64,000 nt of DNA. It comes from a virus. Lineage: Duplodnaviria; Heunggongvirae; Uroviricota; Caudoviricetes. Numbering within the stretch: the stretch's first letter is position 1; each line of letters starts with the position of its first letter. Positions 1 to 10,096 of this stretch are shown here, in pieces. Where the stretch lies: IMG/VR virus record IMGVR_UViG_3300026549_001031; one strand, written 5' to 3'. The position numbers and the translations under genes were made by a program. The notes under the pieces are model-generated. The model did no database searches. It was not told where the DNA came from and was given only the letters and a program-made list of their open reading frames with translations.

Positions 1-921
1 CGAGTTCATTTTATGAATGCAACAGCATTTGAGACAAACATCATGGATGTTTATAATCAGATGGACATGATGGAGGCAGAGCTGTTACCTAAACAGTGGC
101 GCATTGAGAAAGATTATTGTGTACATAAGAGATCACAATACTGGACAAAGGTAAATGGTAAGTCTCAGTTGAATTTTAGAAGAGAGCGTACAGGATATAA
201 AGATCAGGCAAAGTTCAAAAAGAGTTTGCAGTTGGTTTATTTTGGTAGGAGTTCAAAAGAAATATTTGGAGAGGTTCCGAATGTATATAAGACATATTAT
301 GTGACACCTACGAATGATATGGCAGTTGCATTAGAAAAAGGATATAGATACAATGAGTTATTGAATTGTCCTTCATTGATACCTGATGTTGGTATTGGAA
401 TGACAAGGAAAGAAGTTCCTAAGCTTGATAGATTATGTAGGCTTATTGAAACAGAGTTTTCAGACGTGCCTGTTATGGTTTATTGTTTTCACAGAGAGGC
501 ACAGGCAGCTATTGAGAGAGAACTTAAGGCAATAGGAAGAAAGCCTGTGGTACTGAATGGTGAGATCACTGACTCAATGGAGAAATACTCAATTCAGCAG
601 AAGTTTAACAATGGAGAATATGATGTAATCATTACAAATATTAAAAAGTCACTAAACTTAAATGCAGCGCAGGTATGTATCTTCTACAGTATGGAAACAA
701 ACATTGCTAAAATGGAGCAGACAGCACGAAGAATTGACAGACATGTAGATGATTCAATTAAAACATTTATATTATTGTTGTATGAGCATACAGCAGAATG
801 TGCATTCTTTATGGATACAGTTGCCCAACGAGCAAAAGACGCAAGAGATTTGACAATCGATGCAAAGACAGCAGTTGATTACTTTGTTGAGGCAATGAGA
901 AGTGATGAGGTGGGCCAGTAA
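1..921 (+). CDS. SF2 (SNF2-like) helicase, C-terminal part; 5'-truncated by window edge
   Basis: Frame is open from base 1 (RVHFMNATA, motif III-like). HELICc features: VMVYCF, VLNGE, SLNLNAAQVCIFY, and motif VI-like QTARRIDR. Confidence 0.75.
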   Translation, partial: RVHFMNATAFETNIMDVYNQMDMMEAELLPKQWRIEKDYCVHKRSQYWTKVNGKSQLNFRRERTGYKDQAKFKKSLQLVYFGRSSKEIFGEVPNVYKTYYVTPTNDMAVALEKGYRYNELLNCPSLIPDVGIGMTRKEVPKLDRLCRLIETEFSDVPVMVYCFHREAQAAIERELKAIGRKPVVLNGEITDSMEKYSIQQKFNNGEYDVIITNIKKSLNLNAAQVCIFYSMETNIAKMEQTARRIDRHVDDSIKTFILLLYEHTAECAFFMDTVAQRAKDARDLTIDAKTAVDYFVEAMRSDEVGQ

Positions 922-978
922 AAGAGCATTGAATTTAATTAAAATTAAATTTTAATTTTGTTTATAGGAGGTTATAAC

Positions 979-1770
979 ATGAAGAAAAAAGTAATTAGTG
1001 CATTGTTAGTTTCTTGTTTGCTTGCAACTCTGATTACTGGCTGCGGTTCAGGTGATGGTTCAGACATTAGTTCAATGTCTAAGTCACAGTTGAGACAGGC
1101 ATATACAGACTTGAGTAATCAATACAATGACTTGGCTAATCAGTACGACGACTTAAATATTAAGTATACTGGTCTTCAAAGCGAGGATGATACAACACCT
1201 GTTATTTCAGCTACAGGAGATGGAAGTGGCTCACGACTTACGTTTAATTCAGTGGACAGCAAGATTATTTTCCCTTCAACATTTGAATATCCTGGTGCAG
1301 TTCAGGCAGCATCAAGTGGAAAGGTTTCAATCATTGATGGTGTTGAGTGTACACCTGGTTCAAATTGGATTTGCAAGTTGAATGGGTCATCACTTGAACT
1401 TGAGAACACGGCTGGAATAAGTGGTACCATTAAAGTTGGAACACAGAGTTACCTGTACACAGCTGATGAACTTAAGTCAGATGTAATTAAGCCTTGGTTT
1501 GATGGATTACCTCAGGGAACCTTAACATATAACAGTGTGTTTGTTGCTCAACAGGCAATGGGAATACAGGCTAGCACACCAACAACAATTGATAGTGAGA
1601 ATGCTTACTTAAGGTGTGGAATGGTTGGCTATGGAGATAAATGTGTGACTTACATATTTGTTTATAGGGGAGATCAAGATGCATCTAAAGATGAGAGTAT
1701 TACAAACTTATTAAATTCAGTTACAATTGATGGTGATCAGATGCAGTGTAATCAGACAGATAGTCAGTAA
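979..1770 (+). CDS. Lipoprotein with short coiled coil
   Basis: AGGAGG RBS before ATG 979; basic N-terminus, hydrophobic stretch and lipobox LITG-C; heptad segment QYNDLANQYDDL. Confidence 0.7.
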   Translation: MKKKVISALLVSCLLATLITGCGSGDGSDISSMSKSQLRQAYTDLSNQYNDLANQYDDLNIKYTGLQSEDDTTPVISATGDGSGSRLTFNSVDSKIIFPSTFEYPGAVQAASSGKVSIIDGVECTPGSNWICKLNGSSLELENTAGISGTIKVGTQSYLYTADELKSDVIKPWFDGLPQGTLTYNSVFVAQQAMGIQASTPTTIDSENAYLRCGMVGYGDKCVTYIFVYRGDQDASKDESITNLLNSVTIDGDQMQCNQTDSQ

Positions 1771-1794
1771 AATAAAGCATACAGAAAATAAAGA

Positions 1795-1864
1795 AAGACC
1801 AATACATGATAGAGATTGACACTAAAGAATGATGGGGTGGTAAAATTTATCATGTATTGGTCTT
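1795..1864. repeat. Perfect 17-bp inverted repeat enclosing a promoter-like 36-bp loop
   Basis: AAGACCAATACATGATA (1795-1811) / TATCATGTATTGGTCTT (1848-1864); the loop contains TTGACA (1816) and TGGTAAAAT (1838-1846). Confidence 0.85.
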
Positions 1865-1921
1865 AATTTATGTCATTTAGATATGTTAAAATGTATTTTA
1901 ATTATATTTTAAGGAGATTGT

Positions 1922-2920
1922 ATGGAGAAAGAGATAGACATTGACAAAACTTTTGACAGCGCTTTTGATAGTTTTGGAATGGAAACAGAGAACATTGAGA
2001 GTACAGGAGATAAGCTTAAGGTTGAAGCAAAAGACAATGGAATTGAGACTTTTGGTTTAGAGAATAGATCAAAAGATCGTGGAAAATTGTTTTATGGGCT
2101 TACAGATTATGATAGACAGCAGGCAGTTGATGAGTTTATTGTGCCTATGGCATATAAGAATGCAACATTCGACATTGATGCAATTAAGCAAAACTTGAAG
2201 GCTCAATGGATTAAGCATGGAAAAATTGATACAGTACACAAGTTTAAGCAATATACACAGGTATGTAATGAAATACTTTCATGTGTACGTATGAAAATGT
2301 TACCTCAACGTAGTTACTTGATTGGTGCACCTAATGGCTTTGGTAAGACAAGCTTTGTAAATGAGTGTTTAATCACCTTAAGGAAACAAGGATACAGGGT
2401 TGTGCCTTATATTTCATTATGGGAATTAGCTCAATTACGTGTAGAGAATGAGCAGAGAATAATGAGACCTTACAAGACCTTTACAGTAAGTGACACTGAT
2501 AAGGGAGAAAAGGTCCTGTATCATGAACCTAAAAGACTAGATAAAGACACTAAATTTGATAAGAGACCTGAAATTGTGACAGGACGCTTTAGTTATAGTG
2601 AATATGTCAATGCAGATTGTTTGTTTGTACACTTTTCAGATATTTCTAGCAAGGAGATTGAGTCACATGCACTATATCAGGTGCTTAGCATCAGGGGGTC
2701 TAAAGGGTTACCTACAATAGTGATGTTGTCAACATCACTGAAGGCATATGAGGCAGATGCTAAATTGAAAGAATACATCTGGAATGAGATTGTGGCATGT
2801 GACGAAAGAAAGAACTGCTTTGATAGAGTTTATCATGTTTCATGTTATAAACTTAGAGACATTGAGAGTAAGATGAGTACAAAGAATAAACTTGATAAAG
2901 ACACAGGAATTGTAGACTAG
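1922..2920 (+). CDS. DnaC/IstB-like P-loop ATPase (putative helicase loader)
   Basis: YKNATFD motif, Walker A GAPNGFGKT, LYQVLSIRGSKGLPTIV typical of the DnaC/IstB C-terminus; Walker B is degenerate. Confidence 0.6.
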   Translation: MEKEIDIDKTFDSAFDSFGMETENIESTGDKLKVEAKDNGIETFGLENRSKDRGKLFYGLTDYDRQQAVDEFIVPMAYKNATFDIDAIKQNLKAQWIKHGKIDTVHKFKQYTQVCNEILSCVRMKMLPQRSYLIGAPNGFGKTSFVNECLITLRKQGYRVVPYISLWELAQLRVENEQRIMRPYKTFTVSDTDKGEKVLYHEPKRLDKDTKFDKRPEIVTGRFSYSEYVNADCLFVHFSDISSKEIESHALYQVLSIRGSKGLPTIVMLSTSLKAYEADAKLKEYIWNEIVACDERKNCFDRVYHVSCYKLRDIESKMSTKNKLDKDTGIVD

Positions 2921-2971
2921 TAGGCATGGGGAAATAAAGAGATATAGAGAAAGGGCACGGGAAATTGAAAA

Positions 2972-3259
2972 ATGATTGATAGGAATGAGCATGTGAGATG
3001 CAGTTGGTGTTATGGAGTATCACCTTTGGGTGACTGGAATGACTTGACATATAGTCAATGTACAAATAGAGAAATGAAGAGAGCATTCACACCTTTGATG
3101 CAGGAAAAGGCGTTTATGCGGAAAAGTGATACATATTATATATGTCCGAAATGCAGTAAATGGAGCAGAGGAAGTCAGTTGAGAATTGTAGATACAGAGG
3201 ATAAAAGACTTCTAAAATTAGGCGGAGATACAGTATTTACAGAGTTGGGCAAGAAATAA
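2972..3259 (+). CDS. Small zinc-finger protein
   Basis: CSWC ... CPKC pairs. Confidence 0.55.
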   Translation: MIDRNEHVRCSWCYGVSPLGDWNDLTYSQCTNREMKRAFTPLMQEKAFMRKSDTYYICPKCSKWSRGSQLRIVDTEDKRLLKLGGDTVFTELGKK

Positions 3260-3318
3260 GAGGAATATTACAAGATTAACAATTAAGATACATTGGCAGA
3301 TAAAGGTTTATTCAGTTG

Positions 3319-3408
3319 GACTAGTTGGGTGTTTACTCAACTAGTTTTTATTTTGCATTGAACAAGTTTATAGGGTTTAGACTAGTTTTGAACTAGCACG
3401 GACTAGTT
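3319..3408. repeat. Phased RACTAGTT palindrome array; the first two copies also form a terminator-like hairpin
   Basis: GACTAGTT 3319, AACTAGTT 3339, AACAAGTT 3361, GACTAGTT 3380, AACTAGCA 3391, GACTAGTT 3401. Confidence 0.6.
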
Positions 3409-3540
3409 TTTAGAAATCTGAGTACAATAAAAGGAATCATAAATTACAATTAGTTGACATTTTTACTATGCATGTCACACTGCATTAGGTGTAATTTGAA
3501 AGTACAATTAAAAAATTAAAAATAGAGGAGGTTTGCAATT

Positions 3541-4479
3541 ATGTATAATCCTAATATAATATATAGTGTGACAGGTAGATATATGGACGGACAGAAAATT
3601 GTGGCTTATCATCTTGTGGGTAGCGATGGTAGTCAGGAGGCTGCAACTAAAGATCGTGTATCTTGGTTAATAGGTAGGAACATGATAGACAATATGAAAA
3701 TTCAGGCTGGCAGTAATGGAAATATTATACTTAGAGGTAAGGGCATTAACTTAAGTAAATTACCAGTGTTTGATATGAACAAGCAGGAATTTAGAAATAA
3801 TCAGGCATCAGTAGAGGTTGCTAACAGTAATGTTTCAACTAAAAAGAGCAATGTACCTTATGCAAATGCAATGGGTCAATTTGAGATTGTCAAGAGAATT
3901 ATGTTTAAGAACAAGTGTATTGGTTATGAGTTGCATGATAGAAATGGTAAGCACTATAGAAAAAGACGTCAGGAAGTATTAAAACTTGCAGTTGGAAAAT
4001 TGATATGCAATGCAGGAGTTCAGAAGTATACAGATAAAAATTCTGGAGAGACAGTGCTGATTCTTCGTGGGGCAGGTACAGATTTAAGTAAGTTGCCTAT
4101 CCTGATTGTAAATGACAATGGAATGATTTATGATCCTAGTAAAGCTAGCAATGATTTAACAGTGCGTGGAGCATATATGAAATCTAATGGCATTGTAAGA
4201 GATGGAGAAGGACATAGCTTAAAGTTTAGGGCAGGAGAGTTTATAATCTGCAATGCAGATGGAAAGGTTAGCATTGTAGGTAATGAAGAGGCAAAGAGAA
4301 AGTACACTACAAAGACAGATTGTGCATCAGCAGTATGTGATGATTACTTAAGCAATATTTCTAAATACTCTATTGAGATATTTGGAAATTCTCCAATTTC
4401 ACTTTCTGCAGGAATGGTAAAGAGATGGACAATACTTAAACCTGTATGTCATAGTGATAAAAATATAGCAATGCGATAG
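3541..4479 (+). CDS. Hypothetical protein with two copies of the element-specific ~70-aa module
   Basis: GGAGG RBS; internal repeats ending ILRGKGINLSKLPV and ILRGAGTDLSKLPI. Confidence 0.75.
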   Translation: MYNPNIIYSVTGRYMDGQKIVAYHLVGSDGSQEAATKDRVSWLIGRNMIDNMKIQAGSNGNIILRGKGINLSKLPVFDMNKQEFRNNQASVEVANSNVSTKKSNVPYANAMGQFEIVKRIMFKNKCIGYELHDRNGKHYRKRRQEVLKLAVGKLICNAGVQKYTDKNSGETVLILRGAGTDLSKLPILIVNDNGMIYDPSKASNDLTVRGAYMKSNGIVRDGEGHSLKFRAGEFIICNADGKVSIVGNEEAKRKYTTKTDCASAVCDDYLSNISKYSIEIFGNSPISLSAGMVKRWTILKPVCHSDKNIAMR

Positions 4480-4499
4480 TTTATGGGCTTATAAGGAAT

Positions 4500-4547
4500 G
4501 AGTGGTATGTCATGGGTATTAAAATATGTATGGCATATCACTTTTTC
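4500..4547 (+). terminator. Rho-independent terminator
   Basis: GAGTGGTATGTCAT...ATGGCATATCACTT followed by a T-run. Confidence 0.6.
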
Positions 4548-5044
4548 TATGTCTGCATATCTGCTAGAGCATTACTAAAAATCAGCTAAGCAGTAGGGCT
4601 ATTTTCTACAATTTTTAAGAAAGCGAATCCTTTGTGATAAAATTAAGGTGGAGAAAATCAATCACAACAACTAATCAAAAATGGTAAGATCTACATATGG
4701 TTTCAGGTGCTATGCAGTGGGGTCAAAATCGCTATAGGCATTAGGGGTTCCAAAATTTAGTAATTTTCACAAGAAAATTTTGGAATTTTGGAAAATTAGG
4801 GTGTGGAAGTAGGGAAGTTTTACTATTTTAACAACTATAGTACAAGATTGAAAAATTTGCTAGCATAAGAATGAAAATCAGGTCATATGCCTGCTCTTTT
4901 GTAAAATTGATCAGCATTAAATTAAAAATTGTTTATGAGACATACATTTTTTCTCAAGTTTTGGACTTGTTTAACTACATATGATTATAAATAATTGTAA
5001 TTATTTTATTTTTATAAAGTTTAAGATAGGAGGTTGTTAGAGCA

Positions 5045-7108
5045 GTGGCTAAAAAGAAGGGTAGCAGAGGCATGAAGCGTCTGCGTGACGAACAACAGGT
5101 TAGACAGAGACCTGGAGTCATCTTTGGTACAAACGATGAGCAGGGTGCATTAAATGGTATCAATGAGATTGTTGATAACTCCATTGATGAGGCTAGAGAA
5201 GGACATGGAAGTGTCATCAATTATACAGTGGAGCGTGGTGAGGGTGATATCAAGAGTGCAGAGGGTAAACAGGCAGACATCTTCACTATTGAGGATCAGG
5301 GACGTGGATTGCCTATGGATTGGAATGAGGACGAGGAGATGTATGATTGGGAGCTCGCCTTATGTACAATGTATGCATCTGGAAAATACGACAGCGAGCA
5401 GTACACTCAATCATTAGGCTTAAATGGTTTAGGTTTAACATCTATGCAGTACGCTTCATCATTTATGGATGTTTATTCAGCATATGATGATAAACTTCAC
5501 TACATGCACTTTGAGAAAGGTAGACCTGTAGGAGAAATGAAAGTTACACCTTTACCTGAAGAGTACAAAGGAAAGACAGGCACTAGAATTAGATTTCAGC
5601 CTGACGTAGAAGTATTTCCTGCATTGAGACATAAAGATATACTTCCTGAAATTATTCTTATTTCATTAAGAAAACAGGCTATGCAGATCGCAGGTTTAAC
5701 TATCAACTTTACTCATTACAGTTACAATCATACAGTAACCTTATGTTACAATGGTGGTATCATTGAGTACATTGATAGTTTAACAGATAAGCTTATGCTT
5801 AATAAGACTGTTTATTTTGAGGACAGTGCAGTTGGTACAGATGATCCTGTGGCAATGCCAGAGGAATACACTGTAAATATGAAGATGGCATTTAACTTCT
5901 CAAGAGGACTTGGAGAGAATGGAAACTCCATTGGTGTAATTGAGATCTATCATAACTCATCTCATATGTTCGAGGGTGGAACAACAGTGCAGGGTTTTGA
6001 AAAAGGAATCACACAGGCATTTACAGATGTGGCTAAGGCAATGGGTAAAATTGGTAAGTCAGAGAGATTTGTTTACAGTGATATTGCTGATATCATGCTG
6101 TGTGTTTGTATGACAGGTGCTCCTGGTTTTAGGACATCATTTAAGAACCAGACAAAGGGAGCAATTACAAATCCATTTATTGGTAAAGCATTTGCACAAT
6201 TCGTCTACGATAAAATGAGATACTGGCTTGAGCAAAATCAGACAGTTGCAGGTAAGATTGTGAATGAGGTAGTTACTAATAAGAAAGCACGTGAAGAGGG
6301 TGCAGAGGTTAGTAAGAAAGTCATTAACAAGTTATCCAAAGCAGTTTCGTTTGGAAATAAACCTAAGGATTTCAAGGATTGCTCTACTAAAATTATTCGT
6401 GACAGAGAGCTCTACATCGTGGAAGGACGTTCAGCATTGGGTTCAGTTAAGTTAGCATGTAATCCTAAGTTTCAGGCAGTATTGCCTTTACGTGGTAAAC
6501 CTATTAACTGCCTCAAAGAAAAACTTTCACGCGTACTGAATAATGAAGTAATCACTGATTTATACAGAGTATTACAGTGTGGAATTGAAGCAAAGAGTGA
6601 TTATATTGATAACTTACCTAAGTTTGATATTCTCAAGCTTAACTGGGGTAAGATAATCATTTGTACTGATGCAGACGTGGATGGTATGCATATCAGATGT
6701 TTGTTGATACTTATGTTCTTAATTCTGTCACCATCTCTTATTAAGTATGGTAAGGTTTATATTGCAGAGACTCCTTTGTTTGAGATCAGTTGGAAAAAAG
6801 AAAAGAGATCAAGATTTGCATTTAACGACGCTGAAAAAGAAGCAGTGCTCAATGACTTATATGCACTTGGCGCTAACGATAAGGATATTACAGTACAGAG
6901 ATCAAAAGGACTTGGTGAGAATGACCCTGAAATGATGTCTGAATCTACAATGAATCCTTTAACAAGACGTCTGGTTCCTGTGGAGTATCCTGATGGAGGG
7001 GATGAGCAGATGATGCATGATTTATTAAATGCATTACTTGGTGATGACATTGAGTCACGTAGAGAATTGATTGAGCAGTACTTTGAAATGATTGACGAGG
7101 CTGAATAA
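5045..7108 (+). CDS. gyrB: Type IIA topoisomerase subunit B (GyrB/ParE-like)
   Basis: VRQRPG, EIVDNSIDE, DQGRGLP, GLNGLG (GHKL); VEGRSA, PLRGKPIN, DADVDG (TOPRIM); KGLGE. Confidence 0.93.
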   Translation: MAKKKGSRGMKRLRDEQQVRQRPGVIFGTNDEQGALNGINEIVDNSIDEAREGHGSVINYTVERGEGDIKSAEGKQADIFTIEDQGRGLPMDWNEDEEMYDWELALCTMYASGKYDSEQYTQSLGLNGLGLTSMQYASSFMDVYSAYDDKLHYMHFEKGRPVGEMKVTPLPEEYKGKTGTRIRFQPDVEVFPALRHKDILPEIILISLRKQAMQIAGLTINFTHYSYNHTVTLCYNGGIIEYIDSLTDKLMLNKTVYFEDSAVGTDDPVAMPEEYTVNMKMAFNFSRGLGENGNSIGVIEIYHNSSHMFEGGTTVQGFEKGITQAFTDVAKAMGKIGKSERFVYSDIADIMLCVCMTGAPGFRTSFKNQTKGAITNPFIGKAFAQFVYDKMRYWLEQNQTVAGKIVNEVVTNKKAREEGAEVSKKVINKLSKAVSFGNKPKDFKDCSTKIIRDRELYIVEGRSALGSVKLACNPKFQAVLPLRGKPINCLKEKLSRVLNNEVITDLYRVLQCGIEAKSDYIDNLPKFDILKLNWGKIIICTDADVDGMHIRCLLILMFLILSPSLIKYGKVYIAETPLFEISWKKEKRSRFAFNDAEKEAVLNDLYALGANDKDITVQRSKGLGENDPEMMSESTMNPLTRRLVPVEYPDGGDEQMMHDLLNALLGDDIESRRELIEQYFEMIDEAE

Positions 7109-7152
7109 AATAAGGCAAGCAGGGATAAAGCATATCATGTAGTAATGAGAGA

Positions 7153-7186
7153 GGGGCTAGTCAGAAATAGACTGGTCCCTTTTTTG
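7153..7186 (+). terminator. Rho-independent terminator
   Basis: GGGGCTAGTC-AGAAATA-GACTGGTCCC-TTTTTT. Confidence 0.75.
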
Positions 7187-7240
7187 GTGCATAAGATACA
7201 AAAGAAAGTAATAAATTGTTTATTTTAGGAGGTTTTTTGA

Positions 7241-8206
7241 ATGAGTTGGCTGATGCAGGGTAATAGTGGAAGACTACAATATAATTGTGATCAGATACCT
7301 GATGGAATGTTTATAGACGCAACATTAGTAAGAGAACTCTGTAAAATAAAGCTAATGACACGTCAGGAGAGAAGGAGCATGGGGGCAGGTTGTCCTGATG
7401 TTCAAGTACAGAGCATATTGGGTGGAAGAAAAAACATTACAAGAGAAGAGTTAAGCAGGGATTATAAATTGTTCAACGGTCAACAAGTGAAAATGAAATT
7501 TCTAAGAACAGACAAGCAGTATAATGTGTTTAGACTCTGTGAGGAAGATTATAAGATACTTAAGGTGCCAGATAACGACATAGTAAGTTTTAGAGGTCAG
7601 CAGAGACAGAGTGGTGGATCATTTGTAATTTGTAAGGCAAACGATAATGGTACACCTGATAAAAGCACACTGCATGTAATTTCAGCAAAGATATTTAGGA
7701 AAGCATTTGTAATTCCAGAAAATGAGCATATAAAAGGAGCAGTTGCACGTAGAAAAGCAGGAATTGCACAGAAAAGGTTTAATCCTTACATGTACAAACC
7801 TATTAGAAAGCATAGCAGTGTGATGGATATACAGCCTGATATACCTGCTTCAGCATTTCAGAATTTTAGTAATAACGCTGGAAATAATGGAGTTGTAGGG
7901 GCAAAATCTATGGGTAGACCAGTAGGAAATAATATGGCTGGCACAGCTGTAATGAGTGACAGCAAGTATAGGTTTACTGTTACACATCAGATAATGAGTG
8001 TGAATGACCCTAATAAACAGATAGGCTTTGTAGTAAAAGAGTTAAGTACAGGTAAAGTTAAGAACTTGCCTATAAGTAGTGTGGTTAAGCTTTGTGAATC
8101 AAAGGTAGTGGACAATGTAATGATTGTTACTAAACAGAGTACAGGCTTAAGGTTCTTAAAGGGAAATGGAATAGTACTTAAAAATTTACCTAAAGTACTT
8201 AATTAA
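7241..8206 (+). CDS. Hypothetical protein with one C-terminal copy of the ~70-aa module
   Basis: AGGAGG RBS; C-terminus QIGFVVKE...VVKLC...VDNV...FLKGNGIVLKNLPKV. Confidence 0.7.
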   Translation: MSWLMQGNSGRLQYNCDQIPDGMFIDATLVRELCKIKLMTRQERRSMGAGCPDVQVQSILGGRKNITREELSRDYKLFNGQQVKMKFLRTDKQYNVFRLCEEDYKILKVPDNDIVSFRGQQRQSGGSFVICKANDNGTPDKSTLHVISAKIFRKAFVIPENEHIKGAVARRKAGIAQKRFNPYMYKPIRKHSSVMDIQPDIPASAFQNFSNNAGNNGVVGAKSMGRPVGNNMAGTAVMSDSKYRFTVTHQIMSVNDPNKQIGFVVKELSTGKVKNLPISSVVKLCESKVVDNVMIVTKQSTGLRFLKGNGIVLKNLPKVLN

Positions 8207-8232
8207 AACAGAAAGGCATGGGAGGTATTAAA

Positions 8233-8853
8233 ATGGTTACTTTATCAGGGGCGTTTAGTTGCATAGACAATATGCACATGGACGTGGCAGGGTCTTTGAA
8301 AGCACAGGGAATTACAAATGCAACAGTGATGCCTTTGTACAATAAATATGGAATAAAGGTATTAAACTCTTGCTGCATGGGTGCAATCTTTGACAATATG
8401 GAAGAGGCAAGTACAGTTATGAATCTGGCAGTTGGAATTGGTGCAGTGGTAGTACAAGTATTTGCACTAGGAAATCCGAATATGGTCTTTCAGCAAATGT
8501 TACTAACTTATGATCCTAGTAATGGTGCAATGGTATTTAGTGAGGACTGTCCTAACATGGTAGACATGTGTATTGGAAATGGTGGACTTGCAGTTGATTT
8601 GGGTAGGTCATTGGAATTGGTAGATATAGACTTACCTAATATTGATGTAGAGTCAGAGGCAGGAGTTAACTTGATTTGCGGTGCATTTAGGGATGAGTTT
8701 ATCAACGCAGCAGAAGAGGATTTAGGCAGCTGTAATATAGGTTTAAGACCTTGGGAAGATATTGGACAGTATGCAGAGATCATGCATAATTCAGGTGAGT
8801 ACATAAGGATTCAGAGACAGAGAAAATTAAATTATGGTGCAATCATAAATTGA
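8233..8853 (+). CDS. Hypothetical protein
   Basis: GGAGG RBS before ATG 8233; long open frame on the coding strand. Confidence 0.65.
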   Translation: MVTLSGAFSCIDNMHMDVAGSLKAQGITNATVMPLYNKYGIKVLNSCCMGAIFDNMEEASTVMNLAVGIGAVVVQVFALGNPNMVFQQMLLTYDPSNGAMVFSEDCPNMVDMCIGNGGLAVDLGRSLELVDIDLPNIDVESEAGVNLICGAFRDEFINAAEEDLGSCNIGLRPWEDIGQYAEIMHNSGEYIRIQRQRKLNYGAIIN

Positions 8854-8947
8854 TTATAATAGATGCACAGGAAAGTAAAAATAAACAGGATATATAAAAG
8901 GAGGACAGATAAAATAAATAGAGACATTTAGTAGGAGGAAACAGACA

Positions 8948-9871
8948 TTGAAAATTTTAGCAAAGGCAGCTGCAACTAAAGAGCAGTTACAGGGTAAGGT
9001 AGATGCTAAGGCATCTGGAATTGAAATTCAACTATTATCAGAGTTGGTGGATGGAAAGGTAGGACAGTATCATTTTGCTGATGAGGTCTTTGACCTTGAT
9101 ATGATAAAGCAATATGATGTATATGTGGTACATGCACCAATCTTGTCAATGTATGGTTTATCTGATGTTAACATTGAGGATATGACTAATACACAGGATT
9201 TTAAGTTGATTGACCAGATATTTTATATTGCAAACACTATAGGGGAGTATCATAACAGAAGGACAATTATTGTTGTGCACTCTGAAATGTCAAGGGATAA
9301 AATGATTGGACTCGGTGATACATGGAAAACATTAATGAATTCTGTAGGTTGCTTATTGATGAAGTATCCTTACACTGAAATGGCAATTGAGAACATTACA
9401 CCTTTGAGAAATGCACATTCAAATCCTTTGTGGCTGTCAAATAATTTCAAGTTTGACAATGTAGTGATGGCACGTGAGTTAAGAAAGCAACTTAGGACAG
9501 ATAGAGTAGGTACAGTGTTGGATTTATGCCATGCACGAATTACAGAAATGTACATGAAAGCAATTTATGATGTACTTGGGGATGAATGTGAGGACTATTC
9601 ACTTGATGCATATTTTAGGGAAAATGCAGATGTGATTAAATTGATACATGCGGCTGATATGAAGGGCGAAGGATTTGGAAAGGGTAAGCATGGAACACCT
9701 TTTGAGGACACACCAGAGAGCATTGCTCAATTAAGAAAGTTCATTGAATTGTATAGGAAATACGATTACAGTTGCTTGGTTACACTTGAGGTAGCAGAGA
9801 CAGACTTTATCAAGAGTGATGGGTACATACAGTCAAATGAATTATTACTTAGGGAACTAAAGAGAAAATAG
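8948..9871 (+). CDS. Xylose-isomerase-like TIM barrel (AP endonuclease 2 / sugar-phosphate isomerase family)
   Basis: VHAP, VVH, AIEN, LDLCHA, IHAAD, H and TLE metal-ligand pattern. Confidence 0.7.
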   Translation: MKILAKAAATKEQLQGKVDAKASGIEIQLLSELVDGKVGQYHFADEVFDLDMIKQYDVYVVHAPILSMYGLSDVNIEDMTNTQDFKLIDQIFYIANTIGEYHNRRTIIVVHSEMSRDKMIGLGDTWKTLMNSVGCLLMKYPYTEMAIENITPLRNAHSNPLWLSNNFKFDNVVMARELRKQLRTDRVGTVLDLCHARITEMYMKAIYDVLGDECEDYSLDAYFRENADVIKLIHAADMKGEGFGKGKHGTPFEDTPESIAQLRKFIELYRKYDYSCLVTLEVAETDFIKSDGYIQSNELLLRELKRK

Positions 9872-10096
9872 AGAAGTCTGGTGAGTATAAATTTAATACA
9901 TAGATAATATAAGAATATGCTGTTGGAATTAAACTGACAGCATTTTCTTATGCTAATTGCAGTAGGGGTAAATTTTTAGCATATGAGTAATAGGGTTTAA
10001 CAGTTAAAAATATTTGAGTACATATTTACCTGCATTTGTATATAAATAAGAAAATTATTTTTATTATTAAAGAAAGAAAAGGAGATAGAGTAGGAC

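Noticed and set aside
4550-4980. Long intergenic region with TTCCAAAATTT/AATTTTGGAA inverted repeat (and similar gap at 53990-54230) as ncRNA or origin
   Set aside because: Only short AT-rich pairings and no recognisable motif; insufficient support.
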